A stretch of 64,000 nucleotides of DNA, from positions 124,001 through 188,000 of the forward strand of contig JAAOMT010000660.1 of the NCBI GenBank assembly GCA_016748015.1, read 5' to 3'. Under the pieces are notes generated by a model. It did no database searches. It worked only from the letters and a program-made list of their open reading frames with translations, and was not told the DNA's origin. The stretch comes from Geosiphon pyriformis uo1. Its lineage: Eukaryota > Fungi > Glomeromycota. A program made the translations under genes and the position numbers. Below, one piece after another: positions 1 through 12,232 of this stretch (position 1 is the stretch's first letter; each line of letters opens with the position of its first letter).

Positions 1-1023
1 TAAACTCTTCCAAAACCGCTTTTTTTGTGTGTGACATTCAAGAGAAATTTAGGCAACTCATACACCAGTTTCCTAGTCTTGTATCGACAGCTGCTAAAAT
101 GGTATCATTACTTATGCGAGGTTTCATAAGTTTGACAATAGCGGGTTTCTTTTGTTGAACATTTAACCCTAATTGTATTCGATAGCTTACTGCTGCGACA
201 ATCCTGGAAATTCCCGTGGTGGTAACTGAACAGGTATTTAAAGATCGAGTTCTCTTAGAAGTACTTTATTATAACGTAAGCTCTTTGCATCTCCGTTAGA
301 ACCCGAAAGGTGTGGAGTATAATTTTCTGTCGAAGATGCTTCGTCCACTCATAGCGTTGTAGAAATATATCAATTCAAAATTACTTTACCCTTTCAAAAT
401 TTAATAATGGGGTAGCTTTGGGCAGCACTGTTCCAGAACTCGATATTTCTGCCGCTAAGTCAGTGATATCAAAAACCAAGTTTTCAATGTTCCTGCCCGA
501 AGTTGAGATTGTTTTAAAGGAACATTCCACGCGATCGGTCGTTCTTTTCGGACTTGAGGTATCTTAAGCAAACAATATTTTGTGCTTATAGTAGACAACT
601 CAAGCTTTCGGGTGAGCTTCAAACACAGAGATAAGTATTCCATTTTATCATTGTGTTTCGTCTTTTAGTCGCACGTATGTATCCTACAAACCGCCTTAGA
701 TCTGCTCGAGAATAATTATGATGTCCACGTTCTGGCAGATGGAGTTTCTTCTATTAACAACCCTGAGATCGATATCGCTTTATCTGTGAGTGTTGAAAAT
801 TCATTTTCCTATTTCAAATATAACCATGTGCACAATTCAAATCAACATTCGATGTTTTTAGCGTATGCGGCAAGCAGGGGCGCTCATCACTACTTCAGAG
901 TCGATACTTTTCCAACTTCTCGTTGATTCCAAGAATGAGAAGTTTAGGAGTATTTCAAAGTTGGTGAAGGAATACAAAGAGGCGACTGTAAATAACAAAT
1001 TGCTTTATAGATCAACTCTTTAA
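1..1023 (+). CDS. Isochorismatase-family (ISOC1/2-like) cysteine hydrolase, 5' end outside the window, multi-exon
   Basis: Hand-spliced across GT-AG introns: ..[15 protein letters not shown]|[16 protein letters not shown]|NPK (10-nt microexon 300-309)|[23 protein letters not shown]|[21 protein letters not shown]..|[23 protein letters not shown]. The Asp-Lys-Cys triad motifs are present. Confidence 0.92.
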
Positions 1024-1455
1024 AAGCTTTTACCTCAAACTTACTATCTATAGAGTTTAGGGAGTCCTAGACTAAATTTTACCCAGATTTGATCCTCAGA
1101 ATCAGGCTGCTATCGAGAATCAAGATTACAGAGAATTTAATTAATTTAATAAAGGCATATTTGAAATTCACTGCACTCCGGGAAAATTTCTAATAGATTT
1201 TTGTAAAAATAGTTCAGAATCTCTCGATCAGCCAAAATTTAATTATTACTTTCAAAATTACCGCCATTCCAAAGAAACTAATATGTTTAACAGCATTTTC
1301 AATCCAATAGTATGATGATTGTACTTCCCAGATTTCGAAAGGTACTAATCAATCGAAATGGTGGTGTGAGAGAAAATTTGGCGTGAAGGCCCTGACGACT
1401 TTTTGACAAAAACCACAATACATGCCATTTTTTGGATTCGATAATACAACCGACT

Positions 1456-3940
1456 TCAAATCGATGAACTTGTTTGCAAAGATCCCACAACTGATTTTTG
1501 ATTTTCGATAAATTTGGTTATCTTAAGGCGTAATTCAGGACTAATGTTATCGTAGTTTTGGGGAATGGAAGGCCACTCTTGCGCAACTCGTTGGCGAATT
1601 GTGTTGAAATCATCCCATTTGCTGACCTTTCCATGATCGTATACAACTTTCAAAAGATTTTCAGAAGTGTGTATTGTTTCGATAGGATATACGATGGGGA
1701 TCTACCAATATTATAAGGGTTAAAATTGCTCAAAGGAATGAAACTTGCGATGATAATCAAAGATTCCAATCTTGAATTACCCCTGCAGCATTACGTCGGA
1801 CACCCAATTCACCAGGTAAACTGAACTTGTTAAGATCACTTTTCGGTGTTTTCATTATATCACTGCAAAAAGCGGACTTGAATGAACAAGTTCTTTTAAG
1901 AATTAATTCAAATGTAAGATGGAAGTATAGTAGGCCTTACCGTTTTGTTCCATCTGCATATGTAAGACTTGATAGCTTGGTAGCAAAGCTCATTGTATCT
2001 CGATTGACTTTCTGTATTTCAAAAATAGTTCATTACGAAATTGGATAGCAAAACCAGTGTATCATGTGTACTGAAACATTACTATTTATCGTAGAATTTC
2101 ACCTGCAAAAGCCCCCCGCCCATTCCAAAAGCAACATTTTGTACAGAATAACCAGCCTCCTGTACAGCGTTCAAAATATCAACCACAATATCGTTGGTGA
2201 CACCATCACCTTGAAGCACCCCACATCCACGAATCACTTTGAATCCCTTTTTGTTAATATCACTACCAAAAAGTTTATCCGCTGCCCTACAAAACAAAAG
2301 CCTCAAAATTAGAAGATAATCCAAAATTGCTTACAAATTATAGAATAACAAACCTTAAAGCCATTAAAATCACCTGGATCTGATCTCCACTGTCTGGGCG
2401 TAGAACCATGTAGCCACCCTTTTCAATCTTTTGTGGCACTATTGATGGTAAGACTTTTTCCAAAGCACTTGCATAATCGTAGGAATCCATTACGCAAGCA
2501 AAGAACCCAATTCCAAAACGATCGATCATCCTTAAGATTGCTTCCTGATATTTGAGAAAATACACATTTATTAATGGACGAAATTAACTCACTCGATAAA
2601 ATGGCCCTAAGATATATTAAGCGCTCACTCTTTCAGTTTTGAAAGCCGTCATAATCGAATGTTCTGTAGCGGGAATAGACGTGGCCACAGGATTTCCATT
2701 GTTTAGCTTAAATTGGACATAATAGGCCGCACTCATTGTGTCTGTCCCTGAAAAATTGAGCTTATTCCGTTCAAGGGGTGGAGGATGAACATCAAAATAT
2801 AAATATCGTTAAAGTAGAAATATTAAAAAGGAATAGCAAAATTAGATTCATATCTGGAAACTTACAAGATGGGCCGCACCTCCAATAATTGACTGTTCCA
2901 CACAAGTACATCCACGGAATCCGAAATCGTGGAATCGACTGTTTTCCCAGATATAGAACGTTCGGTGAATCTTTACGAACAATAAATCGTGGATTCAGAA
3001 AAAGGAATGCACCTTTCTAAGGTAAAAAATTCATCGTCGTCGACGGATTCATGATATGCTTTCTCAATATGATCACGCACTCTTCGAGAAAGCGTGGCTA
3101 CTGTTGAAGGGTACTGAAATTACATCAAGGTATGATTAAAAGTGGTACAAAATTTTGATTAAATACACATTCTATCCCGCTTTCTTGGTTTGAATGACTG
3201 AACCACTTACCCAAACCATAGTTAGCAATGTTTCTAGAAATGTTACTAACGGTGAATACTCTCCCTCAGCTGTGATCTGATAAACAGGAGTATGGGCATG
3301 ACATACTGTCCCTTCTGGCAATGCTTCAATTCTTACCGGAAAGAACCCCTCATTTTCTTCACAAAACTGAGAATAAAATAAAAAGATTAAATTTGGTGAT
3401 TAATTTATGTAATTTTCATTCAATTTCAAAATAATTTGAAACAACATCTTTGAACATGCTTTTAAAAATAAATCCTTTGGGAAAGGGTAATTGGTAAAAC
3501 CAGCATTATGGGTGGCAAAAAACTTTTCAGCAAGCTCCACGTCTTCCCGAGTCCATTTCACGGCTATATAGTTTTCAATTCTAGGTTTCCAAGAAATAAG
3601 GGGTTATTATGAACAATCAAGATTTAAGATCAATCAAATACCTATACAGTCAAATATAATACATACATATAACGAATTCCGTAAAAAATAAATCGTGTAT
3701 CTTGCTTATCACCATCAAACCCCTTACGAAATTCGCCATAAGCAACAGCCTAATAAAACAATATATAATAATTTTAAATCATCAACCATTTACCCTTTTA
3801 GGATTGAGGTTATAAAGCTGCGCCACAAGTTCAAGAATTCGAAAGTTTCTCACCTTTTGAGCTTCAGGATACAGAAAAGCGTGTACTGCTTTATAAGAGT
3901 CTGCTAAGAGAAAGAGAGGAATACCGTGAATGCTAGACAT
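1456..3940 (-). CDS. NAMPT: Nicotinamide phosphoribosyltransferase (NAMPT-type), multi-exon
   Basis: Motifs in order: LADSYKAVH, RFHDFGFRG, AHLLNFSGTDT, SIPATEHS, VMDSYD, LRPDSGD, VLQGDGV, AFGMGGGLLQ. ATG at 3940, stop at 1456. Confidence 0.9.
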
Positions 3941-4138
3941 ATTGCAATCTTTTCAGCCTGTAAGACAGAAAAGTGGTAGTTGAAAAACTTATTGCCTTTA
4001 ATCCAGCAAAGAGGTTATTAATCTATGAATTCATTTAAATTACCTTTAATATGCTAACATGTGATCTCTTTGTAGATTAAACGCGAGAGTCTAAATTTTT
4101 GATTTTTTAATTTCTCGAATCTCTAAGGCATCTTCCAA
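3941..4138. promoter_or_regulatory. Probable bidirectional promoter (NAMPT / V-ATPase subunit e)
   Basis: About 198 bp between divergent start codons; contains ACGCGA near 4081. Confidence 0.5.
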
Positions 4139-4583
4139 ATGAGCGGTTTCAATATTATATGGGCTTTGATCGCTGCAGGCGGTGCATGCTTTGGGTCTTA
4201 TGTGCTAATTCCCAAGGGACTGAATCAGACGTAGGCTTTATTTTTTATAATCGTGAAAACATAACCAAACTTCACTATTTGAGCTTTTATTCTTCGAACA
4301 ATTTTACCCTTTTATATGTAGCACTTTAAATTAATGTAATTTTTCTCTAAATTTATTACCTTATCAAAGCACAATACGAACTTCGCTCATTTTGACGATA
4401 ATTTGCTGCTACCTTGTGTAAGTTACCGTTCAGCGACACAATTCATGGGAAAAATCGAAATAATTATTTATCAAATTGGGTCAATGTACATAATTTAGAT
4501 GGGCAATTACTTATCTCGCACAGCTACACCCATTGATAAACCCGAAGCGATCTGATTTGCGCGGACCTCACAGAAAAGCCTAG
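4139..4583 (+). CDS. VMA9: V-type ATPase V0 subunit e, 3 exons
   Basis: MSGFNIIWALIAAGGACFGSYVLIPKGLNQT|TIRTSLILTIICCYL|VWAITYLAQLHPLINPKRSDLR..*. The PKG.NQ..IR, CCYL.WAITYLAQLHPL signature is diagnostic. Missed by the ORF track because the exons are short. Confidence 0.93.
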
Positions 4584-4946
4584 AGAAAACTAATAGATTA
4601 AGTAAGTTTCCATTGGAAATGTTTTCCTATGACGTTCTGGGCTTTCTTTGCTGAATTGGTATCCCTTTTGATCGCAGAAGCAAATCGCATTACGTCTCCC
4701 ATTCATCCATACGAAAATCTAGGAATACTATTTTTTTGCTCAGCATTGCCGCGATATTTGTCCCTTTTAAAAATTTAGTTTACTTCTTTTTATTTTCTAC
4801 CATTGCTCAAATTCAATGTTACTATTAAATGGTATTGTAACAATAAACGCTTAATCTTGAATTCAAGACGGCCAAATCTTCAATAAATTAAAATAATCGC
4901 TCTAGAAAGACAAAACCTAGAAATCCTTAAGTCTAGGGTCGGACCA

Positions 4947-6500
4947 TTATCTCTTTGAAAGATGTGGATGAAGGGGCCTGACTTTAGCTGTTTTTGAGAG
5001 ACCGATTCGAATGCGCAGACCCCTATCCTGTAGGAGGTCTTGATGAACACCTACAAGGTATTCGTTAAGAGAGGGAGCGACTTAAAAATAAGGTTTGATA
5101 CTAATCCAACGAAACTTAATGCATTATTGTCCGATATGCATTTCATAATCTCTAATAAATTTAAACCCTCCTCCCCCCAGGGTGATTAGTGTATCTTGAA
5201 TCATACCGATTGGTTTCCTAGTGTTGTGAACGTTTGATTTTTCATGGGATATTTCCTAGCGTAATTTCGTCTGATTAGTTTATCTAAGATCATTTGAACT
5301 GTTTAATCTCATTAATTTCCTCAAACCTTGGATGAGCCATCTGGGCTGGTTGCCATCAAAGGAACTTGGGATATTTGAGAAGAACCTTGACCCTTAATTG
5401 CTTTATTGAGAACATTTGAAGCTTTATCTTTGGCAAAGAGATTATCATCCTTGCTTTTTTCAATTTTCTTTAAAAGAGTTTTTTCAATTTTTTCCTCTTC
5501 ATAATCACTCTCATCGCTTTTTGCATTCTCGGACGCAAGGTCCGAATCTTCGTATCTACGGTTTAAGTCGTCTTCTGAATCTGAGAAATGGGTATCTTTG
5601 ACGGGTAATGAAGGGTTTGATAATAGACCTTGACGTTTTGGATTATCTTGTAAATCTCCTTGAATAGCCGTATCAACGGGTTTGTGGTTATTGATTACAT
5701 TGCCTAGGTTTTCATTTTCGCTGTTTCTCTTTTCAGAATTTTCATCTTCAAAGTCATTAGGAGGATCACTGAGATCACCATCTCCAAATATATCTAGTCA
5801 AGATATGAATGAAGTTTGCAAGATGCCAACTTTAAGAATCAAAGAGTTTGGAGGCCACTCACACCTTTACAGTCTTCGGTATCACAGTTAGCCACGTCCA
5901 AAATTTTATCATCTTCAATTTCCTCGGTGGGGTCTTTTGATCCTAAACTTGTTAAAGTATCTCCTTTGTCCTCATTTTCAGAAAGTGATTTGAAATTTGG
6001 GACAGGGGAAGAACTGTAATGCAAAACAATATGAAATTGTAAGGTATTAGAAAATTATAATTTACTCTTTAGAGATTCGCGCGAAAAAATCATGAATTCC
6101 AAAATTTCCCTAGATTTTTTATTCTTCCTAAGATTCTTTTTCCTTTTCAGCTCTTGTAGTGGCTCTAAATCGAAAACAGTGTCCTTGTTCATTCTTGGTG
6201 ACTTGCGGGTAGTAGGAGATGCAGACATAGGAAAAGAGTCATCCTCCTCTGTCAAGAACAATTCCTTAGCGATAGCGCTACTAATTCACAATATTGAAAG
6301 TAATTCCCCTCAAGTAACCTTTATTCTTCATCGAAACCCTAGAATTGCTTTTGCTCAGAGGAGAATCAAATTCTTCGACAAGATAATCAGAATAATTGAC
6401 AGGTTTGCGTTGTCTACAAGAACAAACCGTTAATAAGTGTTTAAATGCAGAAAAAATATTTTTTTAAAGGTTTAAACCTTTTAGATCTTGTAGATTCCAT
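4947..6500 (-). CDS. Low-complexity charged protein with RAD51AP1/NUCKS-like N-terminus and C-terminal RAD51-interacting motif
   Basis: Hand-spliced N-terminus MESTRSKR|QRKPVNYSDYLVEEFD and last exon GVHQDLLQDRGLRIRIGLSKTAKVRPLHPHLSKR*. The middle is Lys/Glu/Asp/Ser-rich and its exon boundaries are less certain. Confidence 0.65.
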
Positions 6501-6634
6501 AGAGCTTTCTTAAGTTAAAAACGCGAACAGACACGATTCTATCTTGTATACCAGATGCTATACAATGATTGGTTGATCGACGCAAAATAAAAATTTAAAA
6601 ATCCAGTTACCCAGTTTCTCTGCTGTACTTTAAA
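6501..6634. promoter_or_regulatory. Probable bidirectional promoter (RAD51AP1-like / SSF1)
   Basis: About 134 bp between divergent ATGs; AAAACGCGAA near 6518-6527 resembles an MCB/SCB site. Confidence 0.45.
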
Positions 6635-8547
6635 ATGGCGAGACAACGGGTATGTTTCTTTGTGCTTTCAATCAAAACATTCACTTTCTTTTCGTTACAT
6701 TCGCGGTAATGCTTATGTAGAAAAAAAGAACTCATGTTCGAGTTGACGAAACAGCAAACCCTACAGCCCCAAAGCTATCCAAATGTTTTGTTATAAGATC
6801 CGGACCTGTAGGAACAGCTGTGACTGCTTTGGTACGAGATATGCGCAAAGTTATGGAGCCCAATACTGCCTCTAGGTTGCGTGTAAGCATTCCATTTTCT
6901 ATTAAGCTCTTTTAAAGTTACTTGTCTTAACATCTTCTTCTATAGGAGAGGAAAAAAAACCGTCTAAAGGATTTTGTTTCGGTTGCCGGTCAATTGGGTG
7001 TTACGCATTTCTTGATTTTTACTCGTACCGAATATGGTACGAATCTGAGAATCGCGCGTTCCCCCAGAGGCCCAACCTTGTGCTTTCAAGTGACAAAATA
7101 TTCTTTAATACGAGATGTGCTTGGCCTACAAGCAACCCCAAAAAGCCCTGGAGCTGAATATCATACTTCTCCTTTAGTAAGTTTTGTAAACTAAGATTGA
7201 ATTTCTGTTTTATGTGGGAAGTTTTTCAAATCCAAATAACTATTTGATTTCAAGCTTGTTCTGAATAACTTTGGAGGAGATTCCAAACAGATGAAATTGC
7301 TAACGGCAATGTTCCAAAATATGTTTCCTCCAATCAATGTTAAAACTGTAGGCTATTTTTTAATTTTTGATATTATCAAACCTACATAAGAGAATTATAT
7401 TAAATATGCATTTCCTATGTATTATCACTCAGATGCAACTATCCGAAGCCCGTCGAGTTGTTCTTTTCAGCTACAATAATGAAACCAATCGCATTGACTT
7501 TCGACATTATAACATTGGAGTCAAACCTGTAGGCATTAGTAAAAGTATTAAACGAATTATCACAGCGGAAATTCCCGATTTACATAATTATGATGACATT
7601 AGTGAATATGTGTTAAGGTATTGTGCTTTCATTATAGTTCTTGGATAAACGTGCTGTCAAAGCTTTGCTGACTACTTTTTTAAACAGAGAAGCCCAGGCC
7701 TCTGAAAGTGAGGCGGAAAACGGCATCGACTCAAAAGTAACTCTCCCACAAGACTTTGTAGGCAGAAATAATAAAAAATTGGATCAACGTGCTATTAAAT
7801 TAACGGAATTAGGTCCCAAATTGGAACTTCAGCTAATAAAGGTTCAAAGTGGATTATGTGATGGAGAAGTTCTATTTCATGAATTTGGTATTGAAGCATT
7901 ATTGAATATCATGCGGAACATATATATCGGCCACTTCTTAAAGCAGAGCCCTCTACATTTTTTTAGTCCATAAAACTCCAGAGCAAACCAAAGAAATGCA
8001 ACATGAACGTGAACGTCGGAAACAAATGCTGTTGTCGCGTCGACAACAACAGGAAGCCAATGTCGAAAAGAAAAAGGCTGAAAAGAACGCAAATCGACTA
8101 GCTACTAGTAGGGGCTCAGGTAAGAATTATAATATTTTGGTCATTTATCTTTCTCTGTTTTATCATTTAAAACCTTTTCTAATTATGTTTAAAGAAAAAC
8201 AAAATCTTGTCGAGTTGGAAAGTGATGATGATATTACTGAACATTTCCCCACCGAATATGAGGACGAATCTTCAGATGATTATATTCCTAATATGAGAGA
8301 TCAATATGAGGATGATCGAAATAATGAATTAGATGAAGAATTTTCTGATATTGAATATAATATAAACCAGAGTGGCTATGAGAAAGACAATTTATTTGAT
8401 GAAAAACTTGAAAATCAGGATAGCAGTGAATCGGAGGTAAGAACGTTTAGCGCTGGAAGAATTAAAAAGAATTCTGCTGCCTTAGGAAAGGCCAAAGCCA
8501 TAATCAAGTCAATAACTACTCGAAAGACAAAAATGGAGAAAACATAA
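6635..8547 (+). CDS. SSF1: Brix-domain ribosome biogenesis factor Ssf1/Peter Pan, multi-exon
   Basis: MARQR|KKRTH..LVRDMRKVMEPNTASRLR|ERKKNRLKDFVSVAGQLGVTHFLIF..RSPRGPTLCFQV..FQNMFPPINV..RIDFRHY..AIKLTELGPKLELQLIKVQSGLCDGEVLFH, then an acidic tail. Confidence 0.93.
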
Positions 8548-8662
8548 AGTTCACTACTCACAATCCACAATCGATACTTTGCTAAATGTTTATTGTCCTG
8601 TTCAAATATGGCTGCTAGAATAAAATTTGAGTGGACTTGAAATTCTAGAATTTTTTTTAATT

Positions 8663-10610
8663 CTACTCAGCAGTTTGCCCTGGAGTTACCACCGTTTCTG
8701 TTGCATCAAGTTCGTAAACTTCATTGTTTTCAATTTCCTCGGTATTATCGATTTCCTCAGTTTCATCAATTTGATTAGTATCTTCAATTTCTGCATCAGA
8801 AGCAGGATGTGAATCTGGATCTTCCATTGTAGTAGATTCCCCAGAGGAATTCGGTGATCCGATTGCCTGTATTGTACCACTTGTCTCTGAAACCCCTGGT
8901 GATTCTGGGTCTTCAACTGTGTCTTGTACCAAAGTTGTTGCCTCCGAATGTTGGGGGGAGTCAGGAATATATAATGTCGTAGTTTCGGATGGTTGTGGGG
9001 ATTGTGCTCTTTCTGGTTCATCAAGCAACATCAATTCGCGTTTATCCACTTCTGGAAACTCCTGCCCCGCCAATCTAGAATATTCTTCAAGGTCTATTTT
9101 CACGAGAATTTTAAATAACTTAGAGGAAGAACTAGATAAATAGAAGCCGCCCAACAATATTTACCTACTGGAATTTTGTGCATCAAGGCGTGATCAACCT
9201 TAGATTTATTAATTTTTGATTCTCGTTTATATTTTGCCTTGATTTGTTTACGATTTCTGTACGGGAACATTTGGGCGATAATCCCAAAATCTGTTCCCCA
9301 TTGAGATAATCCCTAGCTTAAAATATTTACAATTGATTCTATTTTGCTTTGAAAGAAACGCGTGGATCCCCAAGTACCTTGAAAAATAGTTCATTATCTT
9401 CAGCTGTCCATCTAGTTGTCCTAAGTCGACGCGGCATAAACGAGCCGTAATTAGTCAATTTTCTATTGAATTCATTCTCTATAATAATTGGCATGGGAGT
9501 TTCTTGTTCTTCATTCCGGGCTGCTGCAGTTCGGTCAACCAATAATGATTCTTGATCTAGAACAGCTTTCCCGTCAACAAATCTTATTTGTGGAGCAGCA
9601 TTTCTAAAAAGAAATTAATAATTAATTGCACGCATTGCGATAGCACTAAATAAATATAGCTAAAAAAATTAGCAATTAAAACTGACGTTTCTTGTATTTC
9701 CATCAAGCGAAGCTCAGCAATAGCAGGGTCGTTATAAAAGTCCTCATCTTCACTTCCATGTTCTACATTCACTGCCTCTGATTCAATTATATTCCTTTGA
9801 TCTTCTTGATCCCGAACTGATCGTTCATTATTATCTTGGTGATTAGGAAATTCTATGATTTCTTGGTTCCTAACATCATAAATGTCCTCATTATTACTAT
9901 TTTCATAAACTTCGTAATTTCCATAGTCATCGTTATTTTCATGATTCTCGTTATTCTCACGATTTACATTATCATCATAATTTAGGATATTTTCATCATC
10001 TTGAGCTACTTCCAATGAAATTAACTGCTCATAGGCGGCAGCTTTTTGTTCTTCTCGTCTTCGTTTTGCTTCTATATATCTTTTTTTCAACATCTTTTTA
10101 TACTTTTTAGATTTTCGTCCAGTCTTTATATCACCACATAGATCAGCCATGGTTACTTCTGAGGGATCTAAAGACTCTTCATCAGGATTATCTTCCCAAG
10201 GAAGAACTTTACGTTTTCTCATACGATTGCCATATGCATCTATTTCATTTTTATCTGGGGTCCCAGTAGTATATGGAGAAGAAAGACTAAGAGGCGAGAG
10301 TGGTGATATTGATGAACTCTGAGTTGGCGCTTGTGGCTGAAAGGCGTGTGTTCGATCGGGTAATTGATCAGGAAACGTGTCTTCCCGAGAAGGAATCGGA
10401 ATTGGTACACCCTTGAAACTTAAATAATCTTCTCGTGAAGGAATTTCAATGGGAACACCTTGTGAACTTGAAACGTTACGAGAAGGTACCGAGAGGGTAG
10501 TAACCTCTAGGTTCAAAAAAATTCCATTAGTTCAAAAAGAACTAATAACCATGAAAACAAATGAGTATTGCTGGCGAGCGCAAACCTTCAAAAAGGTCTG
10601 CAGGTTCCAT
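8663..10610 (-). CDS. BDP1: TFIIIB B'' subunit (Bdp1), SANT/Myb domain, multi-exon
   Basis: Spliced SANT region RWTAEDNELFFK|GLSQWGTDFGIIAQMFPYRNRKQIKAKYKRE..VDHALMHKIP|DLEEY, plus the upstream VTMADLC.D..GRKS block. ATG at 10610 is followed by an intron. Confidence 0.85.
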
Positions 10611-10718
10611 TAGACGTTAAATTCAATAGGACCCAAACAGAAAAGAATCTCTTATATTTGTCACGTGCATTTTATTTTGTTTATTTATTGAAAAGAATTC
10701 TGCTCCCCTACAACCTAA
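10611..10718. promoter_or_regulatory. Probable bidirectional promoter (BDP1 / C1D) with E-box
   Basis: About 108 bp between divergent ATGs; GTCACGTG at 10660-10667. Confidence 0.45.
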
Positions 10719-11666
10719 ATGTCGGATATGTCCTTAGAGTCTGATTCAGGTGAAGTTGAAGTCAAGCTGCCCGAGCTGAAAGAATATACCAGGTCTTTAA
10801 ATGAATCATTGGACAACGTGGAGACAACTCTACAACCTTTATTGGAGGCCCCCTTAAATGAGATTTCCGCTAAATTAGATGTCATTCAAAGGGCCAAACT
10901 GCAAGCTATGAACGCCCAAATAATAGTAAGCTTGCTCGCCAGTAAGAGAAGATTAAATAACCAATTTTTATTTCTCGAATTCTCCATTAGCCAATTTTCC
11001 ATCAAATATTCTATTTATTTAATTACGGTGAAGTCAACAAAATTTTTTAATCTTTGAATTTTTCTTTGAATCTAAATAAAGTATACCTTAGAACTCGTGG
11101 GAAAGACCCAAAAACCCATGATCTACAAGAGCTTATAGTGAGTTATTTCCTTGAACCTTTACGAGTTTGGTCTTTACATGAGCTAAAATATTTTTTGGAT
11201 TAGGTTCGCATCAAAGATTATGGCCAAAAAATTGAAGATACTGTCAATCCCCCCAAACAAACCTTAAAGCTCGATCGAGCAGCTGCTGGACGCTTGATAA
11301 AACATTCTACCAAAAATCCTGAGCGCGAAATTAGGCGAGATGAAGAAAGAAGTAAACTTTATAATTATGATTAGGTTTTCTTTAGTAATGCAGATATTTT
11401 CTCGATTATTAATTCTACTCTTTCTTTTAGTGTCTGAAAGGGAATATTTTCGCAACGGAACTGAAGCTGATCGACGAAATTCTTTATCAAGACAACCACA
11501 ATCTCCACGTAATGAAAAGTACAGTAGAAATGAAAGATATAGATCTCGTAGCAAGTCACCGTCAAAGTTTGTTCGTAGAGATTATAAAGATAGGGAAGAT
11601 GATCGACGCTCCCAAAGATCTCGATACGATTCAATTGAAGATTACCCACGCGGCTCCCGAAGATGA
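10719..11666 (+). CDS. C1D/Rrp47(Lrp1)-family exosome cofactor with Arg/Ser/Asp-rich C-terminal extension, 4 exons
   Basis: LDNVETTLQPLL..LDVIQRAKL..SLLA|IYLRTRGKDPKTHDLQELI|VRIKDYGQKI..LKLDRAAAGRLIKH matches the Sas10/C1D pattern. The last exon includes RYRSRSKSPS. Confidence 0.8.
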
Positions 11667-12232
11667 ACGTTTCAAGTGAATGATACATCACATATTCTTA
11701 AGATTTTCCGGAGACGTGTGGGGTTTGCTCAATTGCTGAGACCTCGTAAAATTGATAATCAAAGTTAAAAGTCCAAGCCAAAGGTGCGATTTAATCTGAG
11801 AAAAATCATATCGTAACGAGAAGCTCATCATGTGGAGGCGTTCACAACCCAAAGTTTATTCATCCGCCTTATTTTCTCAAGGAAAGGCATTGGGTGAAAC
11901 ACTATTCAGAAATCCCCGATTATTTGGCAAATAATCGCTCACTCACTTCCTTGATCCTTTTAAAAGCAATTTTAGTATTATGAATTGATTTGAGGCTTAT
12001 TATTATCATATAACACAGTTTCCCAAAAAAACAATATTTTGAAAAAAATATTTATTGCCTTTATAAAGAAACAGTTATTACAAAACTAAATCTGATTACA
12101 TTGATAATTATAAAGAATATCTATTGGTCACAATAATTATTTTTATCTCAGAACATGAGGCACGTTTGAAGTTTCACAATCCATGCATAGTTATTGCCTG
12201 TTAACGCGAAGATATCTGCTCAACCCCCAGTG

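Noticed and set aside
1-1023. Calling the isochorismatase a nicotinamidase (PNC1)
   Set aside because: It lacks the PncA metal-binding Asp/His pattern and matches the ISOC-type subfamily.
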